In this document: positions 17,732 to 23,033 of the stretch, in pieces | How positions within the stretch are numbered: position 1 is the stretch's first letter | Layout: each line of letters opens with the position of its first letter | Assembly: GCA_031416315.1 (NCBI GenBank) | Contig: JANOTL010000145.1 | Location: 1 to 23,033 of the forward strand | DNA: 23,033 nt | Direction: 5' to 3' | DNA from: Pseudomonadota bacterium | Lineage (GTDB): Bacteria; Bdellovibrionota_B; Oligoflexia; Oligoflexales; CAIYRB01 | Translations under genes and position numbers: made by a program | Notes under the pieces: generated by a model | What the model was told of the DNA's origin: nothing | Seen by the model: the letters and a program-made list of their open reading frames with translations, nothing else | Databases searched by the model: none

Positions 17732-18802
17732 CTAGCCGTTGCCCTTGCGACCGGAGTAGCGGTAGACCTTCACGCCGAACTGCGGCGAGCGCTCCTGCCA
17801 GGAGCGCCATTCTTCGGTGAGCGACTTCACCGTGTACGGCGAGTCGGCGGCGTAAGATTCCTTCGAGAACGTGTAATCGCCGAAGAGGTAGGTCGAAGCG
17901 TGCTTCAGCCAACGGTGGCTCATTGGCTGGTTGGGGTCGACGCCGTCGAAAAAGACGATGACGTCGCCGTACCGCAAGGAATCACTCCGGGTGTCGACCT
18001 CGACGAAGCGGTGGCTCAAGGCCCACCAGAGCTCGTCGTTGTTGATCATGGAGCCGTGGAAGCCGCGCTCGGCCTTGCTGTTCACTTCGGCCGAGCGGGG
18101 TAGCGCCGGATCTTGGAAGGCGAGAGCCGTGCGAAAACAGTTGGGGCCGCGTTGGCTGGTGAATTTGCCGACGCGCTCGCGAGCGAAGGCCGGCAGGAGC
18201 TGGCGATCGACGTCGAGGGGCTCGTTGCGGTCTAGAGAGCGGCGAACCGACTGCAGCTCGGCGGCGGCGAGGAAGGGCGTAATTTGCGCGAGCAGTTGCT
18301 CGCGCTTCTTCGGCGCCAGCGCCTTGGTCGCGATCGTGAGGTGCTGGTGCTTGCGGGCGAGGATCTTGGCGAGCTTGCGGAGGTCGATGAGCTCGACGGC
18401 GTCGGCTTCGAGGCGGACGCGTGGGTGAGACTCGGGAGAGTCGCGTTGCAGCTTGGCCTCGACGAAGCGCATCAGCTCGCGGGCGCGCCCCGGAGCTGCG
18501 AAGCGCAGCACGTAGGCGGCGCGCGCTTGCGGCTTTTTCGGGAGGGCGATCTCGATCGGGTCGATCGTCGTGGTTTTCTGCGAGGCCGAGGCGCGAATGC
18601 GGAGGGTCGTCGGCGTCATCTCGACGCGACGCGTCTGGCGGCTGCCGGGCAGCTCGAGGCCGCGCGGGAGCTCGCCTTCGTCGAAGAGGAAATGCCCGGC
18701 GGGCGAAGGAGCTTGCGCGCGCGCCGCCGTCGTCGTCGTCCAAGACGCTAGGCCGAGCGTCAGGAGGAGAGCGACGAGTGCTGCAGGGCATTGGGGGACC
18801 AT
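17732..18802 (-). CDS. Secreted protein with C-terminal papain/NlpC-P60-like Cys-His domain
   Basis: Signal peptide ending ARA-Q. GPNCFRTAL, then GDVIVFF, then KHASTYLFGDYTFSK. Confidence 0.7.
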   Translation of the reverse strand: MVPQCPAALVALLLTLGLASWTTTTAARAQAPSPAGHFLFDEGELPRGLELPGSRQTRRVEMTPTTLRIRASASQKTTTIDPIEIALPKKPQARAAYVLRFAAPGRARELMRFVEAKLQRDSPESHPRVRLEADAVELIDLRKLAKILARKHQHLTIATKALAPKKREQLLAQITPFLAAAELQSVRRSLDRNEPLDVDRQLLPAFARERVGKFTSQRGPNCFRTALAFQDPALPRSAEVNSKAERGFHGSMINNDELWWALSHRFVEVDTRSDSLRYGDVIVFFDGVDPNQPMSHRWLKHASTYLFGDYTFSKESYAADSPYTVKSLTEEWRSWQERSPQFGVKVYRYSGRKGNG

Positions 18803-18918
18803 GGGGAAGAGGCTGCAAGCCGAGGGCCAACGAAATCATTGGTGTTTTCGCCTGCCGACTGTCCAAGCTCGGAACATCTGCCGAGTCGATCCGCAGAGGC
18901 GCGATCGAGCGGGGCAGC

Positions 18919-19614
18919 TCACTCTTTGATGACCAGGGTATCGCGAAGCTCGTTAGGTCCACCATCCGGAGATGGATGCACGGCGGCTACGAGGATGCCG
19001 CATCGGGTGACGGCGTCGGCAAGGCCACGACCCAAGCCATCCCTCTTGATCCCGTGGATCATGAGGTCGACGACCTCGGTCCAGCATTCCTGCGGCAGGA
19101 GCTTGGCCACGTTGCGATCGCCCAGGACGACGGCGCGGCGCTCGGCGACCGAGACGAAGAGGAGGATGCCGGTGGCATTGGTCGTCTCGTGCAGCTTCGC
19201 CGCGCCGAACACGAGCTCGGCGCGCAGGCGGACGTGGTGCTCGAGATCCTTCCGGCTCGTCAGGAGCCGTTGCACGAGGTAGCTGAGGCTCGCGGCGTAG
19301 GCGACGATCGCTAGGACGGCGAGATCGAGGGCGACGAAGGCGAGATGAGGGGTACGCCACGCGTCGAGGCGAAGGCCGATCTCCGCGGTGAAGTAGAGCA
19401 GCCACAGACCGAGCACCGCGAGGGGGAAGACGTGGCCCGTGGGCGTCGAGCGCCGGACGACCATCGGCACGATCTCGCCCGTCGTGGCGCGCTCGGCGCC
19501 GTGGATGGCGGTCGTGATCTGCGTCAGCGAGCTCTGGCTCAGGTACCGGCGGATCCAGTACGGGAGCGGATTCGTCGATTGGCCTGGGAGCTTGGGGGTT
19601 GCGATGTTTACCAT
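18919..19614 (-). CDS. TPM-domain membrane protein (third gene of lemA operon)
   Basis: AIHGAERATTGEIV, two TM segments, TGILLFVSVAERRAVVLGD, NELRD. ATG 19614 overlaps the upstream gene end. Confidence 0.9.
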   Translation of the reverse strand: MVNIATPKLPGQSTNPLPYWIRRYLSQSSLTQITTAIHGAERATTGEIVPMVVRRSTPTGHVFPLAVLGLWLLYFTAEIGLRLDAWRTPHLAFVALDLAVLAIVAYAASLSYLVQRLLTSRKDLEHHVRLRAELVFGAAKLHETTNATGILLFVSVAERRAVVLGDRNVAKLLPQECWTEVVDLMIHGIKRDGLGRGLADAVTRCGILVAAVHPSPDGGPNELRDTLVIKE

Positions 19615-20432
19615 TTGCCTGAAGCGCCTCCGCCGGAAAAGCCGCCGCCGCCGCCGCCGAAGCCGCCGCCAAAGCCGCCGCCGCCGCCACGACCGCCGAA
19701 GAGGCCGCCGATAAGGGCTCCAGTGGCGAGAGAGCCGAGACCACCGCGCCGCCGGCGACCACCGCCGAGGAGCCCGCGCAGGAACATCAACGCGAGGAAG
19801 CCGGCGAGCAGAACGACGACCGGGGGAAAGCGACGGGTGCCCGACAGCTCCCGAGGGCTCGCGGCTTGAGGCGCAAAATCGAGGGTGAAACCCGGGTCGG
19901 TGCGTTGAAGGATGGCCTGAACGCCGGAGACGACGCCAGCATCGAAGTCGCCGCCGCGGAAGTGCGGCGTGACGACCTCGTCGATGATACGGCGGGCGTA
20001 GGCATCGGGAAGATCGCCCTCGTGGCCTTGGCCGACCTCGATGCGCACGGAGCGCTCGTCTTTGGCGACCAAGAAGAGAATGCCGTTGTCCTTCGAAGCG
20101 GAGCCGAGCTTCCACTGGTCGACGGTTTGGATCGAGACTTCCTCGATCGTGAGGCCATCGAGCGAAGGCATGGTGAGGACCGCGATCTGGCTGCCGCCTT
20201 GTTGCCACAGGCGTTGCAGCGATGAGTCGAGGCGGCCCCGGGTCGAAGGCGTGAGCAGCTGCGCGTGGTCTACGACCGGGCTCGCCAGCGGCGGCGCGGT
20301 GAAGGCGAGCGTGGCGACGGCGATCGCGCAGAGCGCGAAGGCGCGACGCCAAGCGGTGGCGACGACCTCGGCGGCGAGGATGGCGGCGGCGCTCGGCGAG
20401 CCCGCGCCGCAATTTTTTCGGACTTCGCTCAA
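19608..20432 (-). CDS. TPM-domain protein (YgcG/DUF477 family) with TM helix and Gly-rich tail
   Basis: VVDHAQLL, QIAVL, WKLG..KDNGILFLVA..RIEVGQGHEGDLPD, tail GGFSGGGASGKW. The TTG start overlaps the lemA stop; start uncertain. Confidence 0.9.
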   Translation of the reverse strand: MSEVRKNCGAGSPSAAAILAAEVVATAWRRAFALCAIAVATLAFTAPPLASPVVDHAQLLTPSTRGRLDSSLQRLWQQGGSQIAVLTMPSLDGLTIEEVSIQTVDQWKLGSASKDNGILFLVAKDERSVRIEVGQGHEGDLPDAYARRIIDEVVTPHFRGGDFDAGVVSGVQAILQRTDPGFTLDFAPQAASPRELSGTRRFPPVVVLLAGFLALMFLRGLLGGGRRRRGGLGSLATGALIGGLFGGRGGGGGFGGGFGGGGGGFSGGGASGKW

Positions 20433-21043
20433 AACTCGACCTTCGGCGCTTTCTCGACGGCTTCGCGATCGGCGACGGACACCGACCACTGCGGCATTTT
20501 CTCGTGACGATAGAAGACGCTGTTCGTCCAGCTCGTCGGCGGGACGGTGATCAGGTCGTTGAAGGCCTGAATCGTCTGGATGTTGCGTTGGCGCGCGATC
20601 GTGATGCGGTTCTCGGTGCCTTCGAGCTGCGCTTGCAGGTCGAGGAAACTGCGGTCGGCTTTCAGCTCCGGATACTTCTCGACGACGACCATCAGGCGGC
20701 CGAGCGCCTGACTGAGCTCGCCCTGCGCATTTTGGAACTGCTGGAGTTGCTCCGGGGTCGCCTTCGACGGGTCGAGCGTGACGCCGGTGGCCTTCGCGCG
20801 CGCCTCCGTGACGGCGGTGAGGGTGTCCGCTTCGTGCTTGGCGTAGCCCTTCACGACGTTGACCAGGTTCGGGATCAAGTCGGCGCGGCGCTTGTACTGG
20901 TTGGTGACCTCGGCGAAGCTGGCGTCGACGGCGTTCTTCGCTTTGGGGATCGACTGCACGCCGCAGCCCGAGAGGGCGACGGCGGCGAGGAGCAACGCGA
21001 AAATGAGACGCACGGGGCGGCCGGTGACGTGAGAATGAGACAT
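20429..21043 (-). CDS. lemA: LemA family protein
   Basis: LSGC lipobox-like motif, YKRRADLIPNLV, VVEKYPELKA, QLEGTENRI, APKVEF. AGGAGA RBS. Confidence 0.95.
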   Translation of the reverse strand: MSHSHVTGRPVRLIFALLLAAVALSGCGVQSIPKAKNAVDASFAEVTNQYKRRADLIPNLVNVVKGYAKHEADTLTAVTEARAKATGVTLDPSKATPEQLQQFQNAQGELSQALGRLMVVVEKYPELKADRSFLDLQAQLEGTENRITIARQRNIQTIQAFNDLITVPPTSWTNSVFYRHEKMPQWSVSVADREAVEKAPKVEF

Positions 21044-21126
21044 AGGGACGGTTCTCCTGGGCGTAAGTCCGCGCTCCGCGCCAAGTTTGCGCGAGCCAGG
21101 CCCGAGTTTGCAACGAGCGTGCCTAC

Positions 21127-22218
21127 CTAAAGAACGATCGCGTAGCTCAGGGATCGGTCGTCGCCGCGCAGAACGCGGAAGACCTGGATCTCCAAGCCGA
21201 TGACCGTGAAGGCAACGCCGAGCTTGTTGGCGACGAAGGCGTCGTCTTGGCCGAAGTAGTAGTTGCGGCCCAGGAGAAGGGCCGGGCTGAGGATCGTCCC
21301 CTTGAAGACGTAGCCCAGCTCCCAGCCGTAGACGCGCTCGGGGCGCATGATCAAGTGATGGAAACCGGTGCGGATGCGGTCTTTCCAGTCGACGTTGAGG
21401 CCGTAGGAGAAGCTCCCGAAATCGTGCGGCGAGATGTCGTCGAGGACCTCGTCGCGCGCGTAGCCGAGCTGGAAGTCCACGGTGTTCGTGGCGGAGCGCC
21501 AGGAGACGGCGCGCCGCGGCTTCGCTTGCTCCAGGACCTTCTCGATCGGCTCGACGCCGACGGCGTCGCTGATCTCGCGCTCGCCCACGAGCTGGTTTAG
21601 GACGATCGCGATGCCGACGATCTCGCCTTTCATGTTGAGGACGGGGCCGCCGGAGTTACCGGGCCGCACCTCGGCGTCGAAGAGAAAAAACGAGCGATCC
21701 GGCTTGATGGCGATGCCGCTGGTCACTTTGAACTTGGCGCCGAGCGGATGGCCGATGGCGATCAGAGCGTCGCCAGAAGCCAAGGGCTTGCCGAGCGGAG
21801 CTATGGGAAGCGGCGCGAACGAGACCGCACGGTCGAGCCGCAGCACGGCGAGGTCGTGGTCGGCGTCGCGCGCTACGACGTGGCCGACGCGCTCGTTCTT
21901 GCCGTCCTTCCAAGTGATCTCGACGTCGCGGATCTTGTGGACGCAATGCCACGCCGTCAGCAGGAGGTCAGAGTCGACGAGCACGCCGGCACAGGTGCCG
22001 ACCTTGGTCTGCAGGTGAGCGACGCGGTCGACCGACTTCAGCGCGACTTCGCGCGCGTCTGGCGTCAGCTTGGCGATCGAGGCACCGAAGACGGCGTCCG
22101 GCGGCACGGCATCGGCGCCGGGCTCGGCAGCGAGTGCTGGCGACGGCCTCGTGGCGAAGACCAGCGCGAAGGCGATGGTGATGGTGATGGTGATGGTGGC
22201 GAAGGCGGCGTAACGCAT
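21127..22218 (-). CDS. Secreted trypsin-like serine protease (S1C/Trypsin_2) with C-terminal beta-strand-rich domain
   Basis: Signal peptide ending ALA-A. Triad TAWHC / DHDLAVL / PGNSGGP. No PDZ; the C-terminal ~115 aa has alternating hydrophobic strands. Alternative GTG start at 22236. Confidence 0.88.
   Translation of the reverse strand: MRYAAFATITITITIAFALVFATRPSPALAAEPGADAVPPDAVFGASIAKLTPDAREVALKSVDRVAHLQTKVGTCAGVLVDSDLLLTAWHCVHKIRDVEITWKDGKNERVGHVVARDADHDLAVLRLDRAVSFAPLPIAPLGKPLASGDALIAIGHPLGAKFKVTSGIAIKPDRSFFLFDAEVRPGNSGGPVLNMKGEIVGIAIVLNQLVGEREISDAVGVEPIEKVLEQAKPRRAVSWRSATNTVDFQLGYARDEVLDDISPHDFGSFSYGLNVDWKDRIRTGFHHLIMRPERVYGWELGYVFKGTILSPALLLGRNYYFGQDDAFVANKLGVAFTVIGLEIQVFRVLRGDDRSLSYAIVL
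22174..22198. repeat. Hexanucleotide tandem repeat (GATGGT)4 in the protease signal peptide
   Basis: Four exact copies at 22174-22197, encoding TITITITI on the minus strand. Confidence 0.85.
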
Positions 22219-22256
22219 GCCCTGCCATCGTCTCACGAAAACACCGCCCTTCGAAC

Positions 22257-22285
22257 GTGACAGACGGGTCGCTTTAAGTGATAAT
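22257..22285 (+). promoter_or_regulatory. Sigma70-type promoter for the 22316 ORF
   Basis: GTGACA (22257-22262), 17 nt, GATAAT (22280-22285). One mismatch each to TTGACA and TATAAT. Confidence 0.65.
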
Positions 22286-22301
22286 GATAATCATTATCAC
22301 T
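22277..22301. promoter_or_regulatory. Fur box (ferric uptake regulator family operator)
   Basis: GATAATGATAATCATTATC at 22280-22298 is a 19/19 match to the classical Fur consensus, extended to the palindrome AGTGATAATGAT-A-ATCATTATCACT. Confidence 0.9.
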
Positions 22302-22315
22302 ACGCGAGGCGATCG

Positions 22316-22801
22316 ATGCTGGCGGTTTCCTACGAAAATATAGGCACTTGTCCTTTGGAGCGGCAAGCTTTGGTCGGAGATTGGCTCGGGCAATTTCGGC
22401 GAAGATTCCCCGCGGCGCGGGTCGACCATCGGCTCCGGCTCGGCAAGGCCATGCCAAAGGCAAAGCAGCCCGCGACTTTCCTCGTCGTCGGCGACTGGCT
22501 CGAAGGATCCAGCTTGGCCGAGGCGACGCGGTTCTTCAGGAGCTTGCCGGAGACCTACCCGCGCTCGCAGGTGGCGATCCAACTGACGCGGCGCACTCTG
22601 GATTCTTGGCGTTTGGGGAATCCGCACTGCTTTCCCTGCGTGTTCCTCGACATCTGGCTCGTCGAGATCGCGACGGCGATGGACTTGGCGAAGCGCGCAA
22701 CGCGGCATCTGCCGTCGGCGGCGCGGGCGATGGCGCTATTGCGCACGGCTTGGGCTTTCGACCGCCAGACGCGCTTCGTCCTGCTCGAGGTGGGCGGGTG
22801 A
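22316..22801 (+). CDS. Hypothetical 161-aa protein, putatively Fur-repressed; contains HCFPC
   Basis: Promoter, Fur box and GAGG RBS (22306-22309) precede ATG 22316. Plausible alpha/beta composition. Confidence 0.7.
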   Translation: MLAVSYENIGTCPLERQALVGDWLGQFRRRFPAARVDHRLRLGKAMPKAKQPATFLVVGDWLEGSSLAEATRFFRSLPETYPRSQVAIQLTRRTLDSWRLGNPHCFPCVFLDIWLVEIATAMDLAKRATRHLPSAARAMALLRTAWAFDRQTRFVLLEVGG

Positions 22802-22852
22802 AATTCAAGCCTCCTTCAAATCTCGAATTCCGCCGCCAAAGGCAGATGGTCT

Positions 22853-23033
22853 GAGAGGGTGTCTAAAGAGGCGCGGGACGTAGGTTTACGGACCCGCGAT
22901 CCGCAACCGCTGACCGCTTGCGGCATTCCGCGGTCCGTGCTCCGCCGACCGCTTTCTGCCTGCCGCTGACGGCATGCTGCTAGCCGCATGTCCGTGCTCC
23001 GCGCTGCCGGCCCAACCATTTTCGCTTGCCTTT
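22853..23033. repeat. Putative MITE/REP-like structured element, probably extending beyond the window
   Basis: Two hairpins (22888-22938, 22969-22995), each ending in the 13-bp direct repeat GTCCGTGCTCCGC (22933-22945, 22990-23002). Confidence 0.45.

Noticed and set aside
19628..19710. (GCC)n-rich repeat
   Set aside because: Encodes the ordinary Gly-rich tail of YgcG/TPM proteins.
18919..21113. 497-aa and 501-aa ORFs suggesting fusions in the lemA operon
   Set aside because: The upstream portions are off-frame readings of neighbouring genes. The standard lemA-TPM-TPM arrangement explains the region.
21968..22228. 86-aa ORF with a poly-His run next to the Fur box
   Set aside because: The His run is the alternative frame of the (GATGGT)4 repeat within the protease gene. 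The rest is Arg-rich off-frame sequence.
22933..23002. CRISPR interpretation of the 13-bp direct repeat with 57-nt period
   Set aside because: Only two copies, the repeat is too short, and the intervening sequence is itself palindromic.

Overview
GC-rich bacterial chromosomal DNA. The TIGR02147-like gene and the many orphan secreted proteins and lipoproteins suggest Bdellovibrionota/Oligoflexia, but this is inference. The recognisable core is a pstSCAB-phoB-phoR operon (no phoU) behind an 11-bp-period Pho box, a lemA-TPM-TPM operon, a PAS/PAS hybrid histidine kinase, a TIGR02147-like HTH gene coupled to a PldB-like hydrolase, and a TMTC-like GT-C/TPR membrane protein. The most unusual signal is a perfect 19/19 Fur box (extended to a 12-1-12 palindrome) on a near-consensus sigma70 promoter. 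It lies between an orphan 161-aa CxxC protein and a divergent trypsin protease with a predicted beta-barrel tail. Several envelope proteins look like enzyme folds with altered catalytic motifs (SLT+Amidase_2 lipoprotein, TMTC-like protein, anthrax-lethal-factor-like lipoprotein with a 19-aa-repeat tail). There are also a papain/NlpC-like secreted protein, a gene remnant and several repeat or hairpin elements. No rRNA, tRNA, CRISPR array or transposase was seen. Family assignments come from motif recognition by eye, not from database searches.
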